Translations under genes and position numbers: made by a program
In this document: positions 26,126-42,722 of the stretch, in pieces
Layout: the number at the start of each line of letters is the position of its first letter
Numbering within the stretch: the first letter of the stretch is position 1
DNA from: Octopus vulgaris
Lineage: Eukaryota
DNA: 64,000 nt
Assembly (NCBI GenBank): GCA_951406725.2
Contig: OX597820.1
Coordinates: forward strand, 67,704,001-67,768,000
Reading direction: 5' to 3'
Notes under the pieces: model-generated
The model's input: only the letters and a program-made list of their open reading frames with translations
Database searches by the model: none
What the model was told of the DNA's origin: nothing

Positions 26126-28810
26126 GTGTGTGTGTGAATGTATGTGTGTGTGAATACGACTGGATTCAAAACAGTATCTATAAATCAAATTTCCCTCTTG
26201 AATCATAGTTAATCTCAGTTGTACAGCAGAAAGCAGTTGTTCAAGAGACTGCGCAATGGGGTAGTATTCGAAGCCAAAAATACCTAACAGCAATCGGTAA
26301 TAAGCCTAAGGTATAAATACTCTCGCATTTGATGAAATAACAGTTCATAAATGAATAAATGCCCTGAATTTGTGCACAAGCTATTCAAAAACATGACAAT
26401 ATAACTGACCCACTACATAAAACAACATAAACATCGACAAACGCATCAGAAAGAGCAGAAAGACCTTGGTCAATAAATGCATGAGAAAGACCAGTGGTAA
26501 GACCTTGGTGAATAAATGCATCAGAGAGAGCAGTAAGACCTCGGTCAATAAATGCAAAAGAAGGAGCCGTAAGACCTTGGTTAATAAATGCATGAGAAAG
26601 ACCAGTAGTAAGACCTTGGTGAATAAATGCATCAGGAAGAGCAGTAAGACCTGGGTAAATAAACGCATCAGAAAGAGTAGTAAGATCGTGTTGAATAAAT
26701 ACATCAGAAAGAGCAGTAGTAATACCTTGGTCAATAAATGCATGAGAAAGACCAGTAGTAAGACCTTGGTCAACAAATGCATCAGAAAGAGCAGTAAGAC
26801 CTTGGTCAACAAACGCATCTGAAAGAGCAGTAAGACCTCGGTCAATAAATGCATCAGAAAGAGCAGTAAGACCTTGGTCAACAAATGCAACAGAAAGAGC
26901 TGTAAGATCTCGGTCAATAAATGCATTAGAAATAGAAGTAAGACCTTGGTGAATAAATGCATCAGAAAGACCAGTGGTAAGACCTTGGTGAATAAATGCA
27001 TCAGAAAGAACTGTAAGACCTTGGTGAATAAATGCATCAGAAAGAGCAGTAAGACATTGGTCAACAAACGCATCCGAAAGAGCTGTAAGACCTTGGTCAA
27101 TAAATGTCTCAGAAAGAGCAGTAAGACCACGGTCAATAAAGGCATCAGAAAGAGCAGTAAGACATTGGTCAACAAATGCAAGAGAGAGAGCAGTAAGACC
27201 TCGCTGAATAAATGCATCAGAAAGAGCAGTAAGGCCTTGGTGAATAAATGCATCAGAAAGAGCAGTAGTAATACCTTGGTCAATAAATGCATGAGAAAGA
27301 CCAGTAGTAAGACCTTGGTCAACAAATGCATCAGAAAGAGCAGTAAGACCTTGGTCAACAAACGCATCTGAAAGAGCAGTAAGACCTCGGTCAATAAATG
27401 CATCAGAAAGAGCAGTAAGACCTTGGTCAACAAATGCAACAGAAAGAGCTGTAAGATCTCGTCAATAAAGATTAGAAATAGAAGTAAGACCTTGGTGAAT
27501 AAATGCATCAGAAAGACCAGTGGTAAGACCTTGGTGAATAAATGCATCAGAAAGAACTGTAAGACCTTGGTGAATAAATGCATCAGAAAGAGCAGTAAGA
27601 CATTGGTCAACAAACGCACCCGAAAGAGCTGTAAGACCTTGGTCAATAAATGTCTCAGAAAGAGCAGTAAGACCACGGTGAATAAAGGCATCAGAAAGAG
27701 CAGTAAGACATTGGTCAACAAATGCAAGAGAGAGAGCAGTAAGACCTCGCTGAATAAATGCATCAGAAAGAGCAGTAAGGCCTTGGTGAATAAATGCATC
27801 GGAAAGAGCAGTAAGACCTTGGTCAATAAATGCATGAGAAAGACCACTAGTAAGACCTTGGTGAATAAATGCATCAGAAAGAGCAGTAAGACCTTGGTGA
27901 ATAAATGCATCAGAAAGAGGTGTAAAACCTTGGTCAATAAATGTATCAGAAAGACCAGTAGTAAGACCTTGGTGAATAAATGCATCAGAAAGAGCAGTAA
28001 GACCTTGGTGAATAAATGCATCAGAAAGAGGTGTAAAACCTTGGTCAATAAATGTATCAGAAAGACCAGTAGTAAGACTTTGATGAACAAATGCATCAGA
28101 AAGAGCAGTAAGACCTTGGTGAATAAAGACATCAGAGAGAGCAGTAAGACCTCGGCCAATAAATGCAAAAGAAGGAGCCGTAAGACCATAGTCAATAAAA
28201 GCATCAGAAAGAGCAGTAAGACCTTGGTCAATAAATGCATCAGAAAGACCAGTAGTAAGACCTTGGTGAATAAATGCATCAGAAAGAGCAGTAAGACCTC
28301 GGTCAATAAATGCATCAGAAAGAGCAGTAAGACGTTGGTGAATAAACGCATCAGAATGAGCTGTAAGACCTTGTCAATAAACGCATCGAAACGAGCAGTA
28401 AGACATTGGAACTATAAAATACAATGCCGTGGTAAAAACATAAAATCCTTCATATCGATACAGCTTAATGAGAAAATCACTGTAACTTTCAAGACATTGT
28501 GTTTGGTCCCTTCGGTAAACGAATAAGTACATAAAAAATGGTACAGCTGTATCTTACATAATTAAGATATAACTACGTTCACATAGCAATTTCAAATAGC
28601 AGGACAAATAAAAATTTTATGGCTCTCAAAACGATTTAGTAAAATAACGGTAAGAGTTCAGTAAAAGTTATATAATATAATATAATATAATATAATATAA
28701 TATAATATAATATAATATAATATAATATATATAATACATAATATAATATAATATAATATAATATAATATAATATAATATAATATAATATAATGTGATATA
28801 ATATAATATG

Positions 28811-28842
<32 letters not shown>

Positions 28843-28885
28843 ACGTATGTATATATATGTATGTATGTTTGTATGCATTTATAAA

Positions 28886-28921
<36 letters not shown>

Positions 28922-29687
28922 CATACACACATACATACATACTTACATACATACACTCGCTCACACATGTACGCATGTATGTATGCATCTATATACACAC
29001 AGACACACACACATATAAATATACGCTGGAAAGTAAGTTTTTCACACGAATAAATGTATAAAGAAAAGAAAAAAGGTTGAAAATGCGATTTAAGAAAATT
29101 TATTTTATGAAAATTTACATGAATTTATATATAATTTACTTTATCGATTTCATATGTTTTGCCGGAGCCTCGTGGAACTTTAGCTATTTTCGCTCAATAA
29201 ACACTCACAACGACCGGTCTGGGAATCGAAACCGCGATATTACGACCGCAAGTCTGCTGCCCTAACCGCTGGGCCATTGCGCCTCCACATACATACATAC
29301 ATACATACATACATACATACATACATACATACATACATACATACATACATACATACATACATACATACAAACAAGCATGCACACACACACACATACAGAC
29401 ACACATACTTATGTGCGAGATTGGTTAGGTACAAAATAAATTAGGATTGTTACTGTTAAAACTATTTGTATTTAACACAGTACTCATCTGTTGATAAGAC
29501 ACGTGACAAAAAATACCTGGGTATCTTTACTGCGCGTTCCAATACACAAGCAGATACACTTAAACAGCTACACTTGTACACCTGAATGTATCCGAAAAGT
29601 GTCATCGTTCAAGAGTTTCTTCTATTTAGCTGTAATTATATACACGGAAAATATGATTTGTGTGCTCAATTGTGTGCGTATGTGTGC

Positions 29688-29755
<68 letters not shown>

Positions 29756-29913
29756 GTGAGTGTGTGTGTATGTGTGTGTGTGTTTGTGTGTTTGTGTGTG
29801 TATTTATTTTATACTCATATTTAGGTACAAAATGCTCATATTTATATAAATACATACAGACAAAAAAATATTTTTACGGGGGTTATGTATGTATGTATGT
29901 ATCTATCTATCAT

Positions 29914-29999
<86 letters not shown>

Positions 30000-30319
30000 G
30001 TATCTATCGTATTATTTCTCTTCATAGGCTTAAAATTTTGGAGTTCAACGTTAAGCGATTTGCACAAAAGAAGTATTTTTTATGATTACGGAATATGTAA
30101 GAGTATATCCATAATTATACATAGATAAATAAATAAATAAATGCATATATACTTATGTTTATGTATATATATGTATTACTTATACTGTAGATGCATATAT
30201 GAGCATATATATACTAGTATATATATGTGTATAAGAATATAAGTATATAGGTGTATAAGGCTAGCATATATATGTATATAATAACATGTGTATAATTATA
30301 AGCATATAGTAACATATGT

Positions 30320-30370
<51 letters not shown>

Positions 30371-30904
30371 CATACATGCATGCATACAAATATACATGCA
30401 TACCTACAAATATACATGCATTCATACATGAATACATGTATACATGTATATGACGTTCTCTCTGTGAATCAATGTATATACGTATATATTCATTCACAGA
30501 TATATATATATACATATATATGTATGCATTTATGTGTGTGTATGCATGCATGTATGTATGTATGTATTTATGTTTTGTATGCATGTATATATGAATGTAT
30601 GTATATTTGTATGCATGCGTGTATGTTTCTATGTATATATTATATATATACATGAAAAAATACTTACATATGTATGCACATGCCCATACATAAACACACG
30701 GATACATATATAAACGTATTCAAACACACGAAACTAGGAAAACGCGCGCAAGCATATGCGCAAGAGACATATACATGTGAATATATATATGGTAACTGCA
30801 CGTTAAATTCAGCAGCATATACATACATATGTATATATATGTATATATATATGAGTGCGTGTTTACATATATATATGTATGTACATGTATATGTGTGTAT
30901 AGGG

Positions 30905-30975
<71 letters not shown>

Positions 30976-31106
30976 ACATATACATACATACATATATACA
31001 TATATATACATATATATATATACATACATGCATATATATATGTATATATATATGTATATATATACGTATATATGTATATATATATATATGCGTATATATA
31101 TATATT

Positions 31107-31143
<37 letters not shown>

Positions 31144-31258
31144 TAATATGTAAGTGTTTGTACAATATATTAAGAAACAAAATAGAAAAACTACACCCAT
31201 ACAAATGCCATGCACCCAAAAACACATGCTGGCATATATACAGAAGACTGCGTGTCGT

Positions 31259-31309
<51 letters not shown>

Positions 31310-31453
31310 TTGAATATATAGATGCACATCGATTATTATGCTGTACAGTTGTATGATGTGAATTTAATAATTTTCTGAAATAACATCATTTCAAGAGATC
31401 GTGTTCGTGAATATTCAACACCAATTGCTTGTGTAAGCAAATATAGGCATGAA

Positions 31454-31516
<63 letters not shown>

Positions 31517-31517
31517 G

Positions 31518-31565
<48 letters not shown>

Positions 31566-32126
31566 CATATATATATCTAAATGTAGGTATATAAATATAC
31601 ATACATATACATACATATATATGTGCATGTTTGTACATTATGCGCGTGTATATATATGTATATATACGTATATATATATTATGTGTGTGTATGTATGTAT
31701 GTATATATATATTTATAAATATATATGCATATGTATATATATATATATACATATGTAGGTATATAAATACACATACATATGCATACAAGTGCATATATAC
31801 AAGTGCATATAAGTTAAATAAATACCCGGGTGAAATTATTACATACATGTGCTGATATTTGTTTATATATGTCTATATACATACACACACATACGTAAAC
31901 ACACTCACACTTACACACAGAAACACACACACATATATATATAGGCAATGATAGATACAATATGTATGTATTATAAATATGTATAAGTATTTATATTATC
32001 AATATAACTTTCCACGAAACAGGTTACAAATATTTTCAGGTTTGTTTTGTATGTCGAGAAATGAGTATGTGTGAGTTATAGCTTGATCTATAACTATGTT
32101 TATGAATGTATCAATCTATCTAACAT

Positions 32127-32221
<95 letters not shown>

Positions 32222-32355
32222 ATTTATCTATCTATCAATATATCTATCTATTTCGTTACATCGAAATAGGCTGACAGGTGTATGGATAGACAGATTGATA
32301 GATTGGTACAGTAACACTAAATACTTCAACACGTGGATAGAGTCATATGCAGACC

Positions 32356-32408
<53 letters not shown>

Positions 32409-32661
32409 TATATCTATATATATATATCTATCTATCTATCTAGCTGTGTTTATATACGTGCATATATATATATATTCGTAATTATTTATGTACATGTACA
32501 CATATAGTATAGTACAATGCACTATACTCCTATACTCTCAAACAAACACACATATACATACAAAAATATACTTATGCATATTAATATACATACCTATATA
32601 TATATATATATAAATATACATATAAATACATTATATATATATACATATATATATGTATATA

Positions 32662-32693
<32 letters not shown>

Positions 32694-32724
32694 CATACAT
32701 ACATACATACATGCATACATACAT

Positions 32725-32797
<73 letters not shown>

Positions 32798-33148
32798 GGT
32801 ATGTAGAAAAATACAACATGGACAAGAACGTATAACTCTTAGAAGACGACACAATAAACACGGACAGGACATTCGAAACCCTCAGTCTTCAGTCAAGAAC
32901 CGGATCATCGTAGTAATTTCGGCTGATTAATCTTGAGATTACTAGATCACGGCCAGCCCTCCAAGAAAAACCAAGCAACGAGCATTAGAAAAACTAAGCT
33001 GGAAGCGTAGATTTCCTGGAAGAAGGATCGAATGCATACGAACACCAGGACAGCAAAAGGGACAGATATAAAAAAACAAAAAACAATAATGGAATATATA
33101 AACATGTTTATATGTATTTATTTGTGTGCGTTTGAATGCTTGCGTGTG

Positions 33149-33213
<65 letters not shown>

Positions 33214-33963
33214 GTGTGTGTGTGTGTATATATAAATGAAAAATTATAATAAGGGCGTTGAATGATTACAACACCAGTCTGCTAGAAATAGACCCCCAAA
33301 AGGCCTATGAACCACTTAGATTATTACTCCACTACACATGGTTTTGTAGTGGGGTAATCTAAGTGGTTTTTGTCCATTTGGGGTCTATTTCTAACAGACT
33401 GGTGATGTAATCATTCAACACCCTTATTATAATTTTAATATAAATTAACCATTATAGTATTTCTAGTATGGTAGCCACTGATAAATCATTAAATAATGAT
33501 TTTATCCTAATTACGTATAAACATATATATGTATGTACATATTTTTTAAACGCATGCTGACAGAGATATCTTAACTCTTTAATTCAGTTTTCTGCAAACA
33601 AGTGGGTGATGATAATTTTCTGCAAAGAAGCATTATGCACATGCTCGCGTCCATTCCCTCACTATGTGCACGCATACATTTCTTATACCTAGTGAATATA
33701 TATACAACATTTTATACTTATGGATTAAATATATATATTCTATTCTTTTATTCTTTTATTCGTTTCAGCCAAAAGAATAAAGGAATAGAATATATATTCA
33801 TAGGTACATTTTTTTCAATGTATACGCACGAAGTATGACAACGTTCACATGTTGAGGGAATGGACAATGAATATGTGTATATATATATGCGCTGTGTGTG
33901 TGTATTGTTTGTATGATATATATATAATAAGAAACCCATATATATAAATATATATATATATAA

Positions 33964-33999
<36 letters not shown>

Positions 34000-34018
34000 G
34001 CATATGTATATATATATG

Positions 34019-34065
<47 letters not shown>

Positions 34066-34215
34066 GTATATATATATATGCATATATATACACATAGTCA
34101 CACACACATGCACACCCATAAATATATATCATATATATACATATATATATGTATGTATATATATACATATATATATACACACACATATATACATACACAC
34201 ATACACACCTATTAA
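24410..34215 (+). repeat. Copy 2 of ~9.8-kb direct duplication
   Basis: Starts GAAGGTGCGTGGCTCAG (=14464); ACCTATTAA at 34207-34215 equals 24301-24309. Confidence 0.97.
26431..28408. repeat. Second copy of the 36/39-bp tandem array
   Basis: Unit-for-unit match to 16470-18450 apart from a few differences (three 1-bp deletions near 27460-27472). Confidence 0.97.
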
Positions 34216-34411
34216 TATTTATTATATATGCGTGTCTATATATATATATATATATACGCACACATATATAATATATATTTATGGATATGTATGTGTGTAT
34301 ATGTGTTTGAGTGCGGTGTGGTGTGTATTTGTACTTACACACGTATATAGATACATTCACATATATTTAACTGGGTGTATTTATATAGGCATGTATATAA
34401 AGATATATATT

Positions 34412-34463
<52 letters not shown>

Positions 34464-34973
34464 GTTATAAGAAATAATATTGTAGTCGGGTATACAACTT
34501 GTACTATGCCGTATATATCAATATGTATAAATATACATACATTGGAATATACGTACATCCATACACATACAAAACATATGTAAAAACCATAAGAAAATAA
34601 ATACAATAAGAGACCTGCCTTTGTTTAGTGTCAACAGTGGCTCTCCTATATCCATCTATGTGATAATATACACAGATGAAAATAAGACTGGAGTCACATT
34701 TTTATATATAAACAATGATAACAGAAGCTGATAAACGAAGTATTATGGTACCCCGAGAATATGTTTTCACCTGAAACGATGCTCCCAACGGTTTAGCGAA
34801 TTGCAAATAACAATGAAAAAAAAAAAAAAAAAAAAAGAGAGAAAATTTGTTGCCCGTTGATGAATAAGTGAAACGCACAAAAGATTTATACAAGTGCTTT
34901 TATCATAAGCTTTTCTTTTCCATCCTCCAGCTCTGTCTCTCTGTCTCTCTCTTTCCCTTCTTTCCCTTCTTTC

Positions 34974-35005
<32 letters not shown>

Positions 35006-35209
35006 TTCCTTTCTTTCTTTCTTTCTCAGTCAATTTCCCTCAGTCTCTGTCTTTTCCCCTCCCTTTCCTTTTATTTTTTTGTTGTTTTTTTCTCGGCAAT
35101 TTGTATTTATTTCATCATTAAGGAAATAAGCTATCGCAATTCCTGTAGTTGTTTTGTAAATGTGAAAAATTAAAAGCAGAGAGACACTGTACATACACAA
35201 TACAGGCGT

Positions 35210-35278
<69 letters not shown>

Positions 35279-35377
35279 CACACACGAACAAACACATGCA
35301 CACACGAACTCACGCACGCACACACACATACTCGCATATATCTACATACATATATATATACATGTATATATATGTAC

Positions 35378-35410
<33 letters not shown>

Positions 35411-35479
35411 TATATATTCGTAAACACACATGCATATATGTATATATATATGTATACATATATATACATACATACATAC

Positions 35480-35528
<49 letters not shown>

Positions 35529-35535
35529 CATATAT

Positions 35536-35599
<64 letters not shown>

Positions 35600-35711
35600 A
35601 CGTGTATATTTGGCAAGCGGTATTTTTACTCTTTTTTTATTCAAATATTTCGTATTATACCTTTTTAGTCTTGCTAACTACCTCATTATTACAGCTTTTA
35701 ATAGTAATAAT

Positions 35712-35800
<89 letters not shown>

Positions 35801-36315
35801 GCACATATATAATCAACATATCCGTGAGGAGCGCTCTCCCTCACTCATTTTCCTAACGTCTCATTAAAACAAAAACATTTTGCGTTTTATTTTATCATCT
35901 GGAAATTAAACTGTTCCAATACGTGTAGTCGTATGATGAAAAGTTGAATGTCAAACGCAGTGTAAGTATACTAAACAGGATTCTCGGCTTGTTGTGGTTG
36001 TGGGGCCGGTGTACATTGGTCGGTGTTGGCGATTGTAAAGAAGTGTAGTGAGAGCTGAACAACTATCAGATATAAATTTTTATATATGATTTCTGTGGTT
36101 CACCTTAGAGTTTTTGAATGGGAAGTAGGTGTAATTTGTAAGATGCTAAAGAAAACGATAGACATACGCACGCAGTTGAACACATAGCCAGACCTATATA
36201 CACGCGGATGCATGTATATAATAATAATACACATGCATATACACACATGTGTGCGTATATCTATGTGTGTGTGTATATATATATATATACATTATATACG
36301 TATGTTTGTGCGTGT

Positions 36316-36421
<106 letters not shown>

Positions 36422-36578
36422 GGGTCGAATGAACATTCCAAGACAGTGCTCCAGCATGGTACAGTCCGATAATTCGAAGAAACGAAAAGAACACATACAC
36501 ACACACACACGCACGCACACACATACACACACGCACAGGCATGTATATATATATACTATGTATATATATATATATATA

Positions 36579-36623
<45 letters not shown>

Positions 36624-36726
36624 TTATACATATTTACATATTTATCTAGTTTCAGCTCAATGGCTGAGGCCATGCTGGGGCACCACCAACAATATACATA
36701 TATACATATGTATATTTATATACAGA

Positions 36727-36768
<42 letters not shown>

Positions 36769-36797
36769 GATGCATATATATATATATACATATATAC

Positions 36798-36836
<39 letters not shown>

Positions 36837-36847
36837 CATACACATAT

Positions 36848-36924
<77 letters not shown>

Positions 36925-36926
36925 GT

Positions 36927-37210
36927 GGAGGCGCAATGGCCCAGTGGTTAGGGCAGTGGACTCGCGGTCGGAGGATCGCGGTTTCGATTCCCAGTGTGTT
37001 TATTGAGCGAAAACACCTAAAAGCTCCACGAGGCTCCGGCAGGGAATGGTGGCGATCCCTGCTGTACTCTTTCACCACAACTTTCACTCTTTCTTCTGTT
37101 GGCCTGCTCGCTTGGCCAGCGGGGTGGCGTCATTTGAAGGCTAAAACAATGCGAAGCGAATTGTGACCAACGATGTGTAGCAACGTCTGATAGCCTGGTT
37201 GATCACGGTG
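36927..37210 (+). mobile_element. SINE family B head with an alternative 3' tail
   Basis: Same head as 40745, but after ~37100 an unrelated tail (GGCCAGCGGGGTGGCGTCATTTGAAGGC..). Confidence 0.85.
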
Positions 37211-37244
37211 ATATATATATACATATATACATATATATATTTGC

Positions 37245-37276
<32 letters not shown>

Positions 37277-38150
37277 ATATGTATAGATACATAGATAGAT
37301 AATTATATATACGTGTATGCGCACACACACATATATATTTACTTATATACGCATATGTATATTTATATACAACGGGCTTCCACACATTTTCCATCTAGAA
37401 AATGTATTCACAAGTTTATTATAAGCCCTTGTAACACACCTCGTGAATTTGCCCTTCAGCGGAATCATACCCGAAACCATGTGATTATAACCGTGATCTT
37501 CAGTTGTTCAATTAAATAAACTACACACCTATTGAATTAAGGGCTTAATGATTAAATGTCCCTCAAACGAGGGTAAATTTTAGGTAATTCTAGCGCAGAT
37601 CCAGCTAAAGAAGACAAAATCCTTAAATTTATCCTCGGATAATCCAAAGCGTTCCCGTCTAAGCAAAAGTCTTGGTCGACACTGATTAGTACCAAAGTCA
37701 CTTTCAAAGATGGTGCTCATTTGTATCGAACCAAGGACATCGCAATTAAGTGATGAATTACATACCAATTCGGCTACCTTGCTTACATACATACATGCAT
37801 ACATATATGCATGTTTATGTGTGCAATTACATGTATATATATATATTATATACATGCAAATAAACACATAGATAATGAACTCACACACGCATACATACAT
37901 ACATGCAGGATTGGCTATGTGGTAAGTAGCTTGCTTACCAGCCACATGGTTCCAGGTTCAGTCCCACTGCGTGGCACCTTGGGTATACCTTCGTTACTCA
38001 CCACACCTAATACCATTACAGTTTCTGGAATCTAGTAGTTGTGGTGGTGGTAGTGGTGCTAGTGTGGATAATTCTAATGTCGAGATGGTACTTCGCTGTT
38101 GTTAACTGTGGGTGTCATAACCTTGTCGTAGCTATGGCCACACTACTGTG

Positions 38151-38221
<71 letters not shown>

Positions 38222-38289
38222 GCTTCATTCTGGTGACACCGGAAGGATCTGCACATAACTGCCAGTCATTTCTACTGTTAAACTTTTGT

Positions 38290-39430
38290 TCTTAGTCGAA
38301 GATTTTTTCTCACCAGAGAAGAACTAAATCATGCCATGTTCGTTAGATTTCTTAATCTTGTTAAATAAACGTTTGGCACTGATCAACGGTTTTCTTGTGT
38401 CTTTGCAGACGTGGATTGGCTTCTCCTTAGTATATATGACTTTTATCGAATATCCTTGTGCACCACAGTTCTAGCACTTCACTCCAACCCTTCAGGTTAT
38501 TTGGCGATGGTCATCACTGATTTTCCCTAACCATTGTCGATTTTAATTAATTAATGTAAAGCATTATTTATTGTCCTTGTTATTTTTCCAGTATAGTCTT
38601 GCTGGTTCAGGTGAGAATATTAAGGTATAACTTATTAACGGAATAGCTAAAGTTGTAATGTAGCTATTTCATTCTTGCATTTAGATTTGTATTAAATATT
38701 AATTCGATGTATCTACAATATTCTATGCTAATGCTTTTAAAATGTTGTGTGTTCCTCATTGCCTACTTCATCAGTTCTTGAGAATCTGCTAGGCTGTGCT
38801 TGGTTTAATCCTGCAGTCACTCTGATTCTTCATCAAACATAATATTTGTTTTCTCAATCAATTTCCCACTCTTCACAGTTTTCTTTGAGCGTTTTTCTCA
38901 CATCAATCCATTTGGCAGTCCATGTATAATTTACCGTTGTGTTTCTAGTTCTACATCATCTGCAGTGTACAATTTGAGGTCGTCCATATACAAAGGATAG
39001 TTAATTGCTTTGCGATAGCATTTTTATCCGAGTTCGGTCCTAGTTGAGGATAGGTGTTTCCCCTGCATGGATTGTCTCTTTGTCTCTGGCTTCAGCCAGT
39101 GACAACAAAGAGACAACTCTCAAAGAACCCAACACTCATCCTGGCTCAGAAAACATTCAAAGAAATCAACTGGATCTGCCTGAAACAAAATGAGTGTAAG
39201 CACTTGACAGTAAAAATAAAACGAAGAGAAGGAGCACCTATCTAATAAAGGAATTAATCTTCTAATGGAAATGAGATTGGATATAATTCTTTGTTTATCA
39301 TTTGCTCATGATATAATGCATATTCTTATTACTGGGTTACCTTAATCGTGGATAGTATTTCGAATATCCACGTCCAGCTAACACAATCAATAACATCCTA
39401 GGAGTCAATTCATTCAATGCTTAGATCTTC
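38290..39430 (-). pseudogene. Degenerate reverse transcriptase of an R4/Dong-like (RLE) LINE
   Basis: Minus strand AINYPLYMDDLKLYTADD (LYMDDLKLY at 38967-38993) and downstream TLAIPLISYT; stops and frameshifts; boundaries approximate. Confidence 0.8.
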
Positions 39431-39711
39431 ATTGTCTGCTGCGGCACACAAGACCCAAAATTTCAGGCCTTGTGCCTAGAGTAGAAAAGAATAATTAATA
39501 TGAGTCTTTAAATTATCCCCTTTTATCTTTTGGAAACAAATTGTTTTTTTTAATTTTGTATCCTAATGTATCTATGCAATATTATGACATCAAAGCTTTG
39601 TTGGTTGTGGAAAGGCAATTTAGGCTGCGGTCTTTAGGATTCGCTGTTTCTATAGTTATGGGGATTCATATGATTTTACGTAACAGGATTGTGTCTAATT
39701 TCGGTACAAGG

Positions 39712-40360
39712 TAGGTAATTTTGACAAGAAGGGTTAGACGATACCATCGACCCTAATACTTTGACTGGTAATTGACTTTTTCGAGCTCGAAAATATGAAC
39801 GACAAAGTTGACGTTGGCGCGATTTGAACTCAGAACGTAAAGAGCCAGAACAAAATCTGAAAGACTAATTTTCTGACGCTCGAACGATTTAGCCAGACCG
39901 CCGCCTTTACGTAATAGTAAAAAGCCTTTCTTAGTTTAGCACAAAACTAACAATTTTGAAGGGAGAAACAGTTGATTACATCATTCCTAGGATTAAAAAG
40001 GATAAAAAAGAAAAAAAGGCAAAGTCGACTTCAGTGGTATTTGAACTCGGTACGTAAAGAACCGGAATAAACGTCGCTAAGCATTTTGTCCGGTATGGTA
40101 CGGATTCTAAAACCTCGCCTACATAATTATAAAATGATATTTGCTTCACCGAGTAGGACGTCGAGCTGGCAGAATCGTTAGCACGCCAAACAAAATGCTT
40201 TGCGTCCGTCTGTACGTTCTGAGTTCAAATTCCGCCGTAGTCGACTTTACCATTCATCCTTTCAGGATCGATAAAATAAGTACCAGTTGGACACTGGGGT
40301 TGATGTAATCGACTCACCCTTCCCCGAATTTGCAGACCTTTTGCCAAAATTTGAGACCGA
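39712..40360. mobile_element. Cluster of three family A SINEs: minus ~39712-39905, minus ~39950-40120, plus ~40155-40360
   Basis: TTTGAACTCAGAACGTAA / AAAGTCGAC blocks on minus copies; GAGCTGGCAGAATCGTTAGCACGCC on the plus copy. Confidence 0.82.
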
Positions 40361-40456
40361 AACTTGCTTCACAGTTTCAATTTAAGTAAACGACACAACA
40401 GTGTCATCTTTATTGTTGATTACAAGTCACTTCAGAATTATGTTTTCCAAAATGGG

Positions 40457-41123
<667 letters not shown>

Positions 41124-41491
41124 AAATATATGTATATATAAAATCCCATTGTTCCATGGCGTAAGGTATCTTTTAACATAACTTAATAAAATTGATTTAA
41201 AAAATGATAATATTTGTTTTCAAAAATAATTTATTTATATATTTTATATGAATACTATCTCTAAAATAATTTTCGTATTATAAACTGTCGCCTTACGAAA
41301 AATAGGATGGGTAGTTCATAAACTAGAGGTATGGGTCCTGTGATTTGTGGAAAATCGTACAAGGGTTTCGTAACAAAATAATTCTGGGAATATCTGCAAT
41401 AGAAAATCAATGTGTAACGACAGTTACTTTTCTAAGATAGTCTATTTCCATAGTTCAAATAGCATCCAGCTATTTCCCTCAAAGTTCAATG

Positions 41492-41615
41492 CAATAGTCA
41501 CTCGCCACATCGTGGTTCATCTATCGCGGTTCACCTATCGCGGCTCACCTATCACGGTTTATTATTTAAGCTTACGTCGATTCCTTCGTGGTGTTGTTTT
41601 GCATTTATAAAATAA

Positions 41616-41667
<52 letters not shown>

Positions 41668-42029
41668 AAGAAGGGTAGTAATATTATTTACTACCAGGTG
41701 CCCAGCACAAAAGACGAATTAGTCATAAGACAAAAATATTATTCATATAGAAAAATATTATTCATGTAGTTATACAATTAAGGGCCCTAAATTAAGATGC
41801 CGAGTGCTGGGAACACAAAAAGGTGATGAATTTATCGAGAGTGAAAATACTCTCGATAAATTCATCCCCTTTTGTGTTCCCAGCACTCGGCATCTTAATT
41901 TAGGAGCCCTTAATTGTATATATATATATATATATAGATACACAGTACAGTACTGTTTCTACTTCGCGGAGTTTCCCCTATCGCGTAGGGTTTTGGAACG
42001 TAACACCTGCGATTGTCGAGGGATTACTG
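41492..42029. mobile_element. pogo/Tigger-like MITE with nested insertion
   Basis: Right end CGAGGGATTACTG-TA; degenerate left end CAATAGTCACTCGCCACATCG; subterminal CTATCGCGG repeats. Confidence 0.65.
41771..41920. repeat. 150-bp near-perfect palindrome
   Basis: TATACAATTAAGGGCCCTAAATTAAGATGCCGAGTGCTGGGAACACAAAA..GATGAATTTATCGAGAGT-gaaaat-ACTCTCGATAAATTCATC..TTTTGTGTTCCCAGCACTCGGCATCTTAATTTAGGAGCCCTTAATTGTATA. Confidence 0.96.
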
Positions 42030-42569
42030 TACTGTGGTCTTCTTCCCCTAAAACCTGTTGAGCTATTCTAAATCAGACGGAATCAATACTTTACGACTGA
42101 AACGTCCTGAGTGGTACTGAGTAATAGTTGACGATTGATAGAGCTGAGACTATGGTTTCCTTTCCTGGTCGGGAAGGCTCTCTATTTCATTGCGTTTATC
42201 ACCAAAAAATATAGGGAAAAATATACTAATATTTTCTTCAAGAAGCGAGTTCTAAAATCTCTAAAAGACGTAGAGGTAGTACGATACTAAACTGTAATGT
42301 TTGTTGCCACTATGGTGTGTTACTGCATTTTTAACGCCAGGAAAACATCTTTTCCAGGTGGTTAACGACACACAACCTGCATCTGTTATATTGCTAGTAA
42401 GGGAGCGAACCACTCCCCTCCAGCGTGGCAAGACCAGTAGACTAGACTGGTTTCAGGGTCTTGACATGTTTTCAGTATTTTCTTCCTTTTTAATATGTTA
42501 AGCATTTTTGTTTAGTTAAAAAGAAAGCAACACTTTTCAAAGAATCTGAATATTTTATAAAATAAACCA

Positions 42570-42722
42570 ATGGCTTCAAATTTCGACACAAGACCGGCAA
42601 TTTTAAGGCGGGAATAAGTCGATTATATCGATCTCAGTGTTCAACTGATACTTACTTTATCGACCCCGAAAGGATGAAAAGTAAAGTAGGCCTTGGCGGA
42701 TATTTGAATCCAAAACGTAAAG
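42570..42722 (-). mobile_element. SINE family A, degenerate
   Basis: TTTATCGACCCCGAAAGGATGAAAAG = reverse complement of the A core. Confidence 0.8.
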
